Counted from the stretch's first letter, positions 8,812-18,649 are shown. The stretch is 64,000 nucleotides of DNA from Bacteroidales bacterium (GCA_050013475.1 JBEKFE010000009.1:60383-124382); one strand, 5' to 3'. A program made the numbers and translations. Notes: generated by a model not told the origin, from the letters alone.

Positions 8812-11616
8812 CTAATGTGCCTCCATCCAGTTTTTTCCCACACCCCAGTCGACCTTCAGGGGAACATCGAGCCTTGCGGCACCCGACATTTCCTTAATGA
8901 CAAGATCCTTCAACTTGTCAAGCTCTTCAGGAAGCACCTCAAAGATCAATTCATCATGGACCTGAAGTATCATCTTTGCCTTCATTCTCTCGCTTTTGAG
9001 TCTGTCATAGATTCTGATCATGGCGATCTTGATAATATCAGCTGCAGCCCCCTGGATCGGAGCATTAATGGCGTTCCTTTCAGCGTTTCCCCTGACAACC
9101 TGATTCCTCGAATTTATATCGCGGGTAAATCTTTTCCTTCCGAACATTGTCGATACGAATCCGAGACTTCTGGCTTTTCTAATGCTTTCATCCATATAGA
9201 CTTTTACGCCGGGATAGGAGTTGAAATAACCGTCGATAAGCTCTTTGGCCTCTTTCCTTCCGATAGTCAGTCTTTCGGACAGGCCGAAGGAAGATATGCC
9301 GTAAATTATGCCAAAGTTGGCTGTCTTGGCTCTGCTCCTCATCTCGCGGGTTACATCCCTGATATCTACCCCGAAGATTTTTGAAGCCGTCGCTGCATGG
9401 ATGTCGCTTCCCGAAAGAAAATCTGCTATCATTCCCTTATCCCTGCTTAGGTGGGCCATGATTCGAAGCTCTATCTGGGAGTAGTCGGCTGAGAAAAACA
9501 GATGCCCCTCTTCAGGGACAAAAGCTTTCCTTATCTCCCTGCCCCTTTCATCCCTGACAGGGATATTCTGAAGGTTGGGATTATTGGAACTCAGACGGCC
9601 TGTGGAGGCTACAGCCTGATTGTACGATGTATGTATTCTGCCTGTCGACTTGTTGATCAGCTGTGGCAACGTCTCCACATAGGTTGAGAGCAGTTTTTTC
9701 AGCCCCCTGTATTCAAGAACTTTATCGATAATGGGATGCTTGCCGGAAAGACGCTGCAGTATCTCCTCGCTGGTGATGAACTGCTTTGTTTTGGTCACCC
9801 TTGCCTTATCATCGAGCTTCATCCTCATGAACAGGATCTCTCCCAGCTGCTTAGGGGAGGAGATATTGAACTCCTGTCCGGCAAGGGAGTATATCTCCTT
9901 TTCGAGTGTTATGATATCCTCCCTTAGCTGAGCTGCTATAATTTTGAGATCATCAACATTGATCCTGACACCATTCCTCTCCATGTAAGCAAGCACGCTT
10001 AATAGAGGCATTTCAATATCAGTTGCCAGTTCTGCAAGTCCCTCCCTTTTAAGCCTGGGTTCAAAAAACTCCTTCAGCTGCCAGGTCACATCAGCATCCT
10101 CCACTGAGTACTCGACGATCTTCTCAACCGGAACCTCACGCATGGTTTTCTGGTTCTTCCCTTTCTCCCCGATCAGTGATTCAATGTGAACTGGAGTATA
10201 AGAAAGATATGTCTCAGAAAGAAAATCCATGTTATGCCGGAGATCGGGTTCAAGCAGATAATGGGCAAGCATAGTATCGAAAAAAGGACCATTAACAGTT
10301 ATCCCGTAGTTCTGAAGCACCTGAATATCAAACTTGAGGTTCTGACCCGTTTTCAGCGTTGAGCTGTTTTCAAACAGTGGCCTGAGGATCTCAAGCATTG
10401 ATATTGTCTCCTGCTTAGGCCCTGGAAACCAGACAAGATATCCTTCACCTTTTTCCCATGAAAATGCCAGGGCGACTAGCTCGGAATCAAGCGCATTTAT
10501 GCTGGTTGTTTCGGTATCAAAACAAAACTCTTTGAGTGATTTCATATCGGATACCAGCGCTCTCAGGTCATCCTTATTTTCAATAAGTCTGTAATCGTGA
10601 GGCACTTTTTCGATAGTCATTTTTTCTGTTTGAGGTGCCTGCATTTCATCTCCGAAAAGTGATCCCTGAAATGAGCCTGCCTCCGAAGGCGGAACTGCTT
10701 CTTTCAGATCAGCCGAAGATTCTTTTTTATCTATACCCGAGAGGAGCCTTGCTGCAACAGTCCTGAACTCAAGTTCATCAAAAAGTGCCTTAAGTTTTTC
10801 CCTGTCCGGGACCTCCATAACGAGTGCATTTTCATCGAAAGCGACCGGGGCATTGACTTCGATGGTTACAAGCATTTTTGATAATTCCACCTGTTCACGA
10901 TTGTTCTCGAGAGTTTCCTTTACTTTCCCCTTGAGTTTATCCGTATTATTAAGCACCTCTTCAATGCTTCCGAATTCAGATATCAGTTTTTCTGCAGTTT
11001 TTGGTCCTATTCCGGGTGCGCCCGGAACATTATCCGAAGTATCTCCCATCAGGCCCAGAATATCAATAACCTGTTCCGGCCGTTCGACTCCGAATTCCCT
11101 CTTGATATCCTCGACTCCCCATATAACAGATTCATTCCCGCTTCTTGATGGTTTAAACATTAGCACCTTATCCGTGACCAGCTGGGCAAAATCCTTATCT
11201 GGTGTCATCATGTACGTCGTGTACCCCTTTTCCGATGCTTTTCTGGAGAGTGTTCCGATGACATCGTCTGCCTCAAAACCAGGACACTCAATTACTGGTA
11301 TCCTGTAAGCCTCGATCAGTCTCTTTATATATGGCACAGCCTTTTTTATATCCTCCGGTGTCTCTTCCCGGGTTGCCTTATAGGGAATATAAATATGATG
11401 CCTGAATGTCGGCTGAGGAGTATCAAAAACGACAGCAATATGTGTCGGCTTCTGCTTTTGAAGAACTTCGTCGAGCGTAAGCAGGAATCCGAAGATCGCA
11501 GATGTATTCAGTCCTTTCGAGGTTATCCTGGGATTCTTTATAAATGCATAATAAGAACGGAATATCAATGCGTATGCATCGAGTAAAAAAAGCTTTTTCG
11601 GTCTATTATCTGACAT
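8812..11616 (-). CDS. polA: DNA polymerase I
   Basis: Has the 5'-nuclease, 3'-5' exonuclease and polymerase domains, with motifs DYSQIELR and QVHDEL. Start set at MSDNRPKK. The 28 upstream codons of the ORF track are translation of a tandem repeat. Confidence 0.95.
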   Translation of the reverse strand: MSDNRPKKLFLLDAYALIFRSYYAFIKNPRITSKGLNTSAIFGFLLTLDEVLQKQKPTHIAVVFDTPQPTFRHHIYIPYKATREETPEDIKKAVPYIKRLIEAYRIPVIECPGFEADDVIGTLSRKASEKGYTTYMMTPDKDFAQLVTDKVLMFKPSRSGNESVIWGVEDIKREFGVERPEQVIDILGLMGDTSDNVPGAPGIGPKTAEKLISEFGSIEEVLNNTDKLKGKVKETLENNREQVELSKMLVTIEVNAPVAFDENALVMEVPDREKLKALFDELEFRTVAARLLSGIDKKESSADLKEAVPPSEAGSFQGSLFGDEMQAPQTEKMTIEKVPHDYRLIENKDDLRALVSDMKSLKEFCFDTETTSINALDSELVALAFSWEKGEGYLVWFPGPKQETISMLEILRPLFENSSTLKTGQNLKFDIQVLQNYGITVNGPFFDTMLAHYLLEPDLRHNMDFLSETYLSYTPVHIESLIGEKGKNQKTMREVPVEKIVEYSVEDADVTWQLKEFFEPRLKREGLAELATDIEMPLLSVLAYMERNGVRINVDDLKIIAAQLREDIITLEKEIYSLAGQEFNISSPKQLGEILFMRMKLDDKARVTKTKQFITSEEILQRLSGKHPIIDKVLEYRGLKKLLSTYVETLPQLINKSTGRIHTSYNQAVASTGRLSSNNPNLQNIPVRDERGREIRKAFVPEEGHLFFSADYSQIELRIMAHLSRDKGMIADFLSGSDIHAATASKIFGVDIRDVTREMRSRAKTANFGIIYGISSFGLSERLTIGRKEAKELIDGYFNSYPGVKVYMDESIRKARSLGFVSTMFGRKRFTRDINSRNQVVRGNAERNAINAPIQGAAADIIKIAMIRIYDRLKSERMKAKMILQVHDELIFEVLPEELDKLKDLVIKEMSGAARLDVPLKVDWGVGKNWMEAH

Positions 11617-11633
11617 ATTATTAAACTGGTTCT

Positions 11634-11674
11634 TTAACTCTAAGTACTCTAAGTACTCAAGGCACTCTAAGTAC
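11634..11674. repeat. 9-bp tandem repeat, 4 copies (CTCTAAGTA, CTCTAAGTA, CTCAAGGCA, CTCTAAGTA), preceded by TTAA
   Basis: Read directly from the sequence. It overlaps the last codons and the stop of queD. Confidence 0.8.
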
Positions 11675-12128
11675 TTTCCATATTGTCTTCCGCGAACCAT
11701 TCAGCGTACGACTTTGCCGTTTCGTAAAGCTTCAGGCTGTGAAGAGTTGTACTGGCAGGCAGACGGCTCCGGATCCTGGACGCAAAATCAGCGACCAGGT
11801 TTTCACAGGTGGGCTGATAAGCAACTATTACGGTATTCCCGAATGTCTTGCTCATCATTTCAGTCTTCTGTTTGTCAAAGTCACTGCTTATGACAACAGA
11901 ATGATCGAAAATATTCACGATCTCACCAAGAACAATATTCTTGAGGTCGGTAAAATCGATCACCATACCGTTCTTTGGATCGGCCGGATCATTCACTGGG
12001 ACACCTGCAACAGTGACAAAAAGTCTGTAGGAATGCCCATGAACATTCCTGCATGGCCCGTCATAGTTAAACAGAACATGTGCCATTTCAAAACCAAATT
12101 CCCTTGTGACTCTTATTTGCGGATTCAT
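11667..12128 (-). CDS. queD: 6-carboxytetrahydropterin synthase QueD (6-pyruvoyl-tetrahydropterin synthase family)
   Basis: FGFEMAHVL...C.NVHGHSYRL motif. Confidence 0.85.
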   Translation of the reverse strand: MNPQIRVTREFGFEMAHVLFNYDGPCRNVHGHSYRLFVTVAGVPVNDPADPKNGMVIDFTDLKNIVLGEIVNIFDHSVVISSDFDKQKTEMMSKTFGNTVIVAYQPTCENLVADFASRIRSRLPASTTLHSLKLYETAKSYAEWFAEDNMEST

Positions 12129-12255
12129 CTCTTTTTTTCCTGTAAAAACACAAAAATAACCATTATAGACGATAAATGTTGGAATGTTTCGTCCAGTTTT
12201 TCAGTAATTTATATAATAATCATCACTATCTGGTTAATTGTAAGCAATATAAAGT

Positions 12256-12263
12256 TACCTTTG
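12256..12263 (+). promoter_or_regulatory. Candidate Bacteroidota-type -7 promoter box (TACCTTTG)
   Basis: Matches TAnnTTTG, about 30 nt upstream of the acyl-CoA synthetase start. Confidence 0.4.
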
Positions 12264-12293
12264 TATTTTCATGTCGAATCATAGAAAAACACT

Positions 12294-13940
12294 ATGAGTA
12301 ATTCCGGTTATCCGCTTACTATTCCCTCCCTGTTCAGTCAGACCCTGAACCGTGCTGGTGATTGCAATGCTCTCGCTTTTGTTGGTGAAAAGCCAATGAG
12401 CTACAGGGAGGTCAGTTTTAAGATTGGGGCATTGATCGCCTTCCTTGAAAAAAACAGTATTAAACCCGGTGATAAGATCGCCATTCTGAGCAGCAACATG
12501 CCTAACTGGGCAGTTGCTTATTATGCCGTAACCTTCATGGGAGCAGTTGCAGTTCCGATATTACCTGATTTCTCCCAGACAGAGGTAAAGAATGTCATCA
12601 CACATTCAGAGGCCGTTGCGGTTTTTGTCTCCTCATCACTTGTTCAGAAGATCGAAAGCCTGGAGTCGGATGATCTGAAGATCAGGATACTCATGGAAGA
12701 TTTTTCCCTTATGGGAAGGGATAATCCGACAATTGAATTTGATCCTTCAGCCAGGCCTTCAAGGGAATACACCGTAAATGAAGATGATCTTGCTTCGATA
12801 ATATATACATCAGGTACAACAGGGCGCTCAAAGGGCGTAATGCTCTCCCACAAGAACATAACTTTCACCGCGATCAAGGGAGGAAACATTCATAAGATGG
12901 ATGAAAATGACAGGTTCCTGTCTGTTCTGCCCCTGTCCCATACTTATGAAAATACTCTTGGGCTGATCCTTCCAATGAATCTTGGCTGTTGTATTTATTA
13001 CATCCAGAAACCGCCTACTCCATCAGTGCTTCTTCCGGCCCTGGAAAAGGTAAAGCCGACAGCTATGCTGACCGTTCCGCTCATAATTGAAAAAATATAC
13101 TTTAACAAGATACTGCCGGCATTCACCGATAAGCTGATCCTGAAACTTCTTTACCGGATACCTTTCTTCAGAAGGATACTGAACCGCGCAGCAGGGAAGA
13201 AGCTGATGAACACATTTGGAGGAGAGATACGGTTTTTCGGTATTGGTGGTGCAAAGCTGAACAAAACAGTTGAAAAATTCCTTTCTGAAGCAGGGTTCCC
13301 ATATGCTATTGGCTACGGACTTACGGAAACCTCGCCACTTCTTGCAGGCACCAATCCTGTAAAAACAGTTTTTGAGTCGACCGGACCCGCGATTGAGGGT
13401 GTAGAACTTATGATACATAATCCCGATAAAGTTACAGGTGAAGGTGAGATATGGGCAAAAGGTCCGAATGTCATGATCGGTTATTATAAGGATCCTGAAA
13501 TGACCGCCGACGTTCTTACACATGACGGATGGTTCAGAACAGGTGATCTTGGGGTCTTTGACAAAAACAATAATCTCTTTATCAGGGGAAGGCTGAAAAA
13601 CATGATAGTCGGGGCAAGTGGTGAGAATATCTATCCCGAGGAGATCGAATCTGTAATAAATAACTTCCGTCATGTGGCTGAATCACTGGTGATACAGCAG
13701 AAAGGGAAGCTTGTGGCATATGTTCACATCAACATGGAAGAACTCGAACAGAAATATCAGAATTTAAAGGCTGAGGCATCGAGGCAGTTTGATGAAAAAA
13801 TTGAAGAGATCCTGAAAGAAATACAGGATTATGTCAATTCAAGAGTAAATAAGTTCAGCCAGATAAACAAGGTCGTTCTTCAGCCTGTGCCATTCCAGAA
13901 GACCGCAACCCAGAAAATAAAGAGATTCCTCTATACTTAA
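12294..13940 (+). CDS. AMP-dependent synthetase/ligase (long-chain fatty acid-CoA ligase-like)
   Basis: AMP-binding motif YTSGTTGRSKGV and the later GYGLTE and GWFRTGD motifs. Confidence 0.85.
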   Translation: MSNSGYPLTIPSLFSQTLNRAGDCNALAFVGEKPMSYREVSFKIGALIAFLEKNSIKPGDKIAILSSNMPNWAVAYYAVTFMGAVAVPILPDFSQTEVKNVITHSEAVAVFVSSSLVQKIESLESDDLKIRILMEDFSLMGRDNPTIEFDPSARPSREYTVNEDDLASIIYTSGTTGRSKGVMLSHKNITFTAIKGGNIHKMDENDRFLSVLPLSHTYENTLGLILPMNLGCCIYYIQKPPTPSVLLPALEKVKPTAMLTVPLIIEKIYFNKILPAFTDKLILKLLYRIPFFRRILNRAAGKKLMNTFGGEIRFFGIGGAKLNKTVEKFLSEAGFPYAIGYGLTETSPLLAGTNPVKTVFESTGPAIEGVELMIHNPDKVTGEGEIWAKGPNVMIGYYKDPEMTADVLTHDGWFRTGDLGVFDKNNNLFIRGRLKNMIVGASGENIYPEEIESVINNFRHVAESLVIQQKGKLVAYVHINMEELEQKYQNLKAEASRQFDEKIEEILKEIQDYVNSRVNKFSQINKVVLQPVPFQKTATQKIKRFLYT

Positions 13941-13981
13941 ATACCTCTCCCACTCTTTCCCCCTATCCCGTTGAGGTTGAA

Positions 13982-14004
13982 TAAAAAATCCCGCTTGAGC
14001 GGGA
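13982..14004 (-). terminator. Rho-independent terminator for the superoxide dismutase gene
   Basis: The minus strand reads tcccgc-tcaa-gcggga followed by TTTTTT, about 60 nt after the sod stop. Confidence 0.6.
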
Positions 14005-14063
14005 CTGCATGAACAAGATTCATTAAGTTTAGAAATTCTTAACCTTAAGAAAGCAGGTATGAA

Positions 14064-14783
14064 TCAAAGTGCCTGTTTATATCGCTTCTCCACCTCCTGC
14101 CAGTTGACAACATTCCAGAAGGCTTCAATATAATCTGCGCGTTTATTCTGATACTTCAGGTAATAGGCATGTTCCCATACGTCAAGGGCAAGCAGCGGAG
14201 TCCCTTTTACCGGGGAAAGGTCCATGAGAGGATTGTCCTGGTTCGGAGTGCTGGCTATTGCCAGTTTTTTATCCGGAGTAAGGTAAAGCCATGCCCATCC
14301 GCTTCCGAATCTGGTTTTTCCTGCATTGCTAAGGGTCTCTTTGAACTTATCATACGAGCCGAATGCGGTCTCAAGAGCCTTAGCCATTGCTGACGAAGGA
14401 GTAGCTGATCCTTTGCCCATATTATTCCAGTAAAGGATATGGTTGTAGTATCCGCCACCATTGTTCCTTATGGCATCTCCGAGGGTTGAAACACTTTTAA
14501 AGATATCCTCTATCTTCTGGTTCTCCTGCGGAGTTCCCTTGAGTGCATTTACAAGGTTATTGAAATATGCCCTATGATGCTTATCATAATGGATCTCCAT
14601 CGTTCTTGCATCAATATAAGGTTCCAGAGCATCATATGCATAGGGCAGTGCCGGAAACACTAATCCCTGATTGTTTTGTTCTTCCATAGCTTTTTCATTT
14701 AAACCGGCGGCAGCCACCCTGCTCCCAACAATTATTGCAGCAGCGCCCGTACCGGCAGATTTAACAAATTTTCTTCTATCCAT
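14064..14783 (-). CDS. Fe/Mn-family superoxide dismutase with a twin-arginine signal peptide
   Basis: N-terminus MDRRKFVKSAGTGAAAIIVGS (Tat motif), then LPALPYAYDALEPYID...HYDKHH and DVWEHAYYL. Confidence 0.9.
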   Translation of the reverse strand: MDRRKFVKSAGTGAAAIIVGSRVAAAGLNEKAMEEQNNQGLVFPALPYAYDALEPYIDARTMEIHYDKHHRAYFNNLVNALKGTPQENQKIEDIFKSVSTLGDAIRNNGGGYYNHILYWNNMGKGSATPSSAMAKALETAFGSYDKFKETLSNAGKTRFGSGWAWLYLTPDKKLAIASTPNQDNPLMDLSPVKGTPLLALDVWEHAYYLKYQNKRADYIEAFWNVVNWQEVEKRYKQAL

Positions 14784-14869
14784 TTTGATATGGTTTTATA
14801 TAGAAACAACAATGATTATTATTTGTTCACCCGGATTGAATCCGGTACACAGCGGATATGATTTTTTGC

Positions 14870-14885
14870 AATGTTTTAAAACATT
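14870..14885. promoter_or_regulatory. 16-bp perfect palindrome AATGTTTTAAAACATT in the sod / respiratory-operon divergent region
   Basis: Read directly. It lies roughly 85 nt from both divergent start codons. Confidence 0.3.
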
Positions 14886-14968
14886 ATGCAAAAATTTCAT
14901 ACTTTTAGAAAGCTCTCTTTACCGTTAAGAAATCAGTTTATGTTTTCTTTCAGACAAATTTAAGAAAA

Positions 14969-15943
14969 ATGCTGGAAAGAAAGAATAAGAAAAAATCCGA
15001 AAGCACTGAGCTTGAAAGGATTCTCGAGTCATCAAGGCGGGAGTTCATTAAAAAAGCAGGGATATCAGGTGCTGCGGTTCTTGCAGGTGCCGCTGCGATC
15101 TATTCCGGTTTCAGGCACGAAAGATCCAAGCATACTGGTAACACTGTCAAAGTCCTTACCCAGGATAATCGTCTTGTAGAAGTTCCGGCCGACCAGGTAA
15201 AGGGATATAAACCCGGGCCGGAGGTCTATACGCTAAGAGGACGGGAAGGCATAAAGGGTAAAAAATGGGTTATGGTGATAGACTTATCTAAATGCCGTAA
15301 CGCACGAAAATGCATTGCAGCCTGTCAGGGAGCCCACCATCTAAGGCCATATGAATATCATATCAATACCCTGGTGATGCAGGAGAGTGTGGATACGCCA
15401 GCATATTACATGCCCAAACCATGCCAGCATTGTGATAATCCACCCTGCGTTTCAGTTTGCCCGGTTGATGCCACATTCAAGCGCCAGGACGGGCCGGTGC
15501 TGATCGATAACCAGCGTTGCATCGGTTGCAGGTTCTGCATGGCGGCATGTCCCTATTCCGCAAGAATGTTCCAGTGGCAGGAGCCCAAAGATGCAATTGC
15601 CGATGCCGGTCTTGAATATAATATCGAGCTTAATGTTCCGCAGAAAAGAGGTACTATCTCAAAATGTCTTTTCAGCTCTGACCGGCTCAGGGAGGGGCTC
15701 CTTCCATACTGCGTCTCAGCCTGCCCGAACGGTGTTTACTGGTTTGGCGATGAAAATGAGGACGCTGTTACAAATGGCACCACAAAAGAGACTGTGAGCT
15801 TCAGGGAACTCCTGAAAAAGAACGGCGGCTACAGGCTTATGCCTGAGCTTGGCACAAAACCGCGGGTCTATTACCTGCCTCCCAAAAACAGACTTTTCGA
15901 TGTGGACGAGACAGACCTGAAAAAGACGGACAAGTCAGTTTAA
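14969..15943 (+). CDS. Tat-exported 4Fe-4S cluster protein (NrfC/PsrB/ActB iron-sulfur-module family)
   Basis: SRREFIKKAG Tat motif. Four Cys clusters, including CQHCDNPPCVSVCP and CIGCRFCMAACP. Confidence 0.8.
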   Translation: MLERKNKKKSESTELERILESSRREFIKKAGISGAAVLAGAAAIYSGFRHERSKHTGNTVKVLTQDNRLVEVPADQVKGYKPGPEVYTLRGREGIKGKKWVMVIDLSKCRNARKCIAACQGAHHLRPYEYHINTLVMQESVDTPAYYMPKPCQHCDNPPCVSVCPVDATFKRQDGPVLIDNQRCIGCRFCMAACPYSARMFQWQEPKDAIADAGLEYNIELNVPQKRGTISKCLFSSDRLREGLLPYCVSACPNGVYWFGDENEDAVTNGTTKETVSFRELLKKNGGYRLMPELGTKPRVYYLPPKNRLFDVDETDLKKTDKSV

Positions 15944-15954
15944 AATATCTGATC

Positions 15955-17307
15955 ATGAGCACCCTCTTTCTTAATAATGACAGTAACAATAGCCATCTTG
16001 ATAGTATAGCCTCTGACATTCTTCGTCCTGTAAGAATAAACAAGGGCTTCATAATCTGGATGGCATTTCTGCTCATACTGCTGGCTTTATGCCTCTTTGC
16101 TTATTCAACACAGCTCCGCCGGGGATTGATCGTTACCGGCCTGCGCGACTATACCAGCTGGGGAATGTATATAGCAAACTTCGTTTTCTTCGTAGCGACA
16201 AGCCTTGTAGGAATGCTGATCAGTTCAGTTTTCGGACTGGCCGGGGCCAGATGGATAAAACCGATCGCCCGGATAGCTGAAATAATTGCCATAGGATTTG
16301 CAGCGGTGGCAGGATTGGTGATCGTTTCCGATATGGGACGGCCCGACAGGCTTCCTTATGTATTCATATTTGGAAGGGTCCAGTCACCCATACTCTGGGA
16401 TGTAACCGTAGTTACGACCTATTTTGTTCTGAGCCTGCTTCTCTGGTTCTTTCCGATGATCCCCGATCTTGCGATTGCAAAATCGAGGCTCCCCGGCAGA
16501 CCTGCATTCCTGGTAAAAGCGTATGAAATCCTTTCATTCAAATGGGTCCATCACGAAGAGCAATACAGGATCCTTATAAAAGCCGTCAGGATACTTCTTT
16601 TGCTTGTGATCCCAACAGCTTTTGCGATCCATACGGTTACTTCCTGGCTTTTTGCGGTCACATTGAGGGCGGGATGGGACTCAACGATCTTTGGTCCTTA
16701 TTTTATATCAGGGGCTTTTGTTTCAGGTACTGCTGCATTAATAATTGCAATGTACTTCTTCAGGACAAATTACAGGCTTGAAAAATATATTGATAACGGG
16801 CATTTTGACAAGATGGCAAAAGTTCTGATCCTTGTCTCTGTCCTGTACCTCTATTTTAACCTGAATGAGTTCCTGGTGCCTGCCTATAAGATGAAAAAAT
16901 TCGACGCGATACATCTGCATGAGCTCTTCACCGGGAAAGAGGCACTTTTATTCTGGAGCATACAGCTTTTCGGACTTGTCATTCCGGTGATCCTATTATT
17001 GTTCCGGAAGCTGAGAAAGCCTTTCCCGATGCTTGTGATCGCTTCATTTGTAATGGCGGCAGCATGGCTGAAGAGATTAATAATTGTTGTGCCTCCGCAG
17101 GGACATCCGTTCCTTCCGATGCAGAACGTCCCCTCTGAATGGCTTGTTTATAAACCCACTCTTACGGAGTCTGCCATTACTCTTGCTTCTTTCCTTCTTG
17201 CTCTGATCATTATAACTATCCTTTCGAAGCTGTTTCCCGTTGTCCCGATCTGGGAAATGGCAGAAGAATCGGAGAAAGATATTTTAACCGAAGCGGAACA
17301 AAAGTAA
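15955..17307 (+). CDS. NrfD/PsrC/ActC-family polytopic quinol-interacting membrane subunit
   Basis: About 10 predicted helices. It directly follows the FeS subunit, and its length and pattern fit the NrfD family. Confidence 0.75.
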   Translation: MSTLFLNNDSNNSHLDSIASDILRPVRINKGFIIWMAFLLILLALCLFAYSTQLRRGLIVTGLRDYTSWGMYIANFVFFVATSLVGMLISSVFGLAGARWIKPIARIAEIIAIGFAAVAGLVIVSDMGRPDRLPYVFIFGRVQSPILWDVTVVTTYFVLSLLLWFFPMIPDLAIAKSRLPGRPAFLVKAYEILSFKWVHHEEQYRILIKAVRILLLLVIPTAFAIHTVTSWLFAVTLRAGWDSTIFGPYFISGAFVSGTAALIIAMYFFRTNYRLEKYIDNGHFDKMAKVLILVSVLYLYFNLNEFLVPAYKMKKFDAIHLHELFTGKEALLFWSIQLFGLVIPVILLLFRKLRKPFPMLVIASFVMAAAWLKRLIIVVPPQGHPFLPMQNVPSEWLVYKPTLTESAITLASFLLALIIITILSKLFPVVPIWEMAEESEKDILTEAEQK

Positions 17308-17317
17308 ATTATCAAGA

Positions 17318-18250
17318 ATGAGACCATTCATCGCAATATTATTCCTGTTTGAAATTACCGTTTCGGTTACCGGACAGGAGTGGACCGTTCCGGCAGATAA
17401 AAAAGGCAGGCTCAGCCCTTTCAAATTCAGCGAGGATACGAGGAAGAAAGGCGAGCAGCTTTACAACATAAACTGCAAATCATGCCATGGCACGCCCGGA
17501 ATGGGCAATTTTCAGGCAAATCTTAAGCCTCAGCCTCCCGACCCGGCGACCGGGAGCTTCCAGGGGAATTCCGACGGAGAGCTGTTTTTCAAGGTCAGCA
17601 CCGGCCGAGGTCCTATGCCCTCCTTTAAGAATTCTCTCTCATCCAACGATCTGTGGGACATAATTTCCAACTTGAGAAGCTTCAAAAAAGACTATATCCA
17701 GATGGTGGCCCCTGTCATTAAATCATCTGCATACCCCGGGGCTGAAATCGTGATCGTTCTCTTTAACGGCCCGGGAAAAGATGAGATTACAATGAAGGTG
17801 ACCGCTGCGACTGAAAAATCAACGGTACCAGTTAAAGGAGCCGGGGTGAAGCTTTACGTTGACAGGACCTTCGGAAGGATGATGATCGATGAGGAAAAAA
17901 CAACGGATAAGGAAGGGAATGCTCTTTTCAAAGTACCTGAAGGAATGCCAGGCGATACCTCAGGAAACATTCGCCTGTCTGCTGCATTTGTAGATGAGGA
18001 GATATTCGGATCAGTAACAAAAGATACGGTCCTCCAGGCAGGCACAAAGACTGTTCCTGTCAGCCTCACTCACGACCGGGCTATGTGGAATGTTGTCAGA
18101 AAGGCTCCTGTATGGATCATCCTTACCTATACTCTTGGAGTTCTTGGGGTATGGGGATTTATTTTTCTTATTCTTTTCAGGCTCAGGGATATATTCATTA
18201 TCGGTGAGCATATCACCGGGTCGGGTAAAGAGGAAGAGACACCCAGTTAA
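17318..18250 (+). CDS. Monoheme class-I cytochrome c with extra domain and C-terminal membrane anchor
   Basis: Signal peptide, a single CKSCH heme motif, a GPMPSF axial-Met context, and the C-terminal helix VWIILTYTLGVLGVWGFIFLILF. Confidence 0.75.
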   Translation: MRPFIAILFLFEITVSVTGQEWTVPADKKGRLSPFKFSEDTRKKGEQLYNINCKSCHGTPGMGNFQANLKPQPPDPATGSFQGNSDGELFFKVSTGRGPMPSFKNSLSSNDLWDIISNLRSFKKDYIQMVAPVIKSSAYPGAEIVIVLFNGPGKDEITMKVTAATEKSTVPVKGAGVKLYVDRTFGRMMIDEEKTTDKEGNALFKVPEGMPGDTSGNIRLSAAFVDEEIFGSVTKDTVLQAGTKTVPVSLTHDRAMWNVVRKAPVWIILTYTLGVLGVWGFIFLILFRLRDIFIIGEHITGSGKEEETPS

Positions 18251-18260
18251 AAAACCAAAT

Positions 18261-18629
18261 ATGAAAAATCTGACAACTGCAGGTAGAATACTTTTTGCAC
18301 TGCCATTTGTAATATTCGGGATAAATCATTTCATAATGATGAATTTTTATCTCGGCATGCTGACTTCTTTCATCCCTCTCGGAGCTTATACCATAATCCT
18401 TACCGGGATACTTATGATCGCCGCAGGGATCAGCATTATCACGAAGAAATTCGTGAAATTATCTACCATATCGCTTGCAATAATGCTTTTTATCTTCATC
18501 CTGACAATTCACATCCCGCACCTTATCAAAGGTGTCGATACGACAATTACCCTGATCACCCTGCTGAAGGATATCTCGCTGATGGGCGGATCGCTTATGA
18601 TCGCGGGGATCTATTCAGAATCGAATTAG
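18261..18629 (+). CDS. DoxX-family small membrane protein
   Basis: 122 aa with 4 helices and the N-terminal pattern GRILFALPFVIFGINHF. Start at 18261; the upstream part of ORF 18090 overlaps the cytochrome c gene. Confidence 0.6.
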   Translation: MKNLTTAGRILFALPFVIFGINHFIMMNFYLGMLTSFIPLGAYTIILTGILMIAAGISIITKKFVKLSTISLAIMLFIFILTIHIPHLIKGVDTTITLITLLKDISLMGGSLMIAGIYSESN

Positions 18630-18649
18630 ACCGGTAACAAATTCAATCG

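Noticed and set aside
11617-11700. An N-terminal extension of polA (MVRGRQYGKYLECLEYLEYLEL...) in the ORF track.
   Set aside because: It is the translation of the 9-bp tandem repeat and overlaps the queD 3' end. The conserved polA N-terminus begins at MSDNRPKK (11616).
13982-14004. The hairpin after the acyl-CoA synthetase gene acting as its terminator as well (bidirectional).
   Set aside because: The U-tract exists only on the minus strand, on the sod side. On the plus strand the stem is followed by CTGCATG. Only the sod terminator call is supported.
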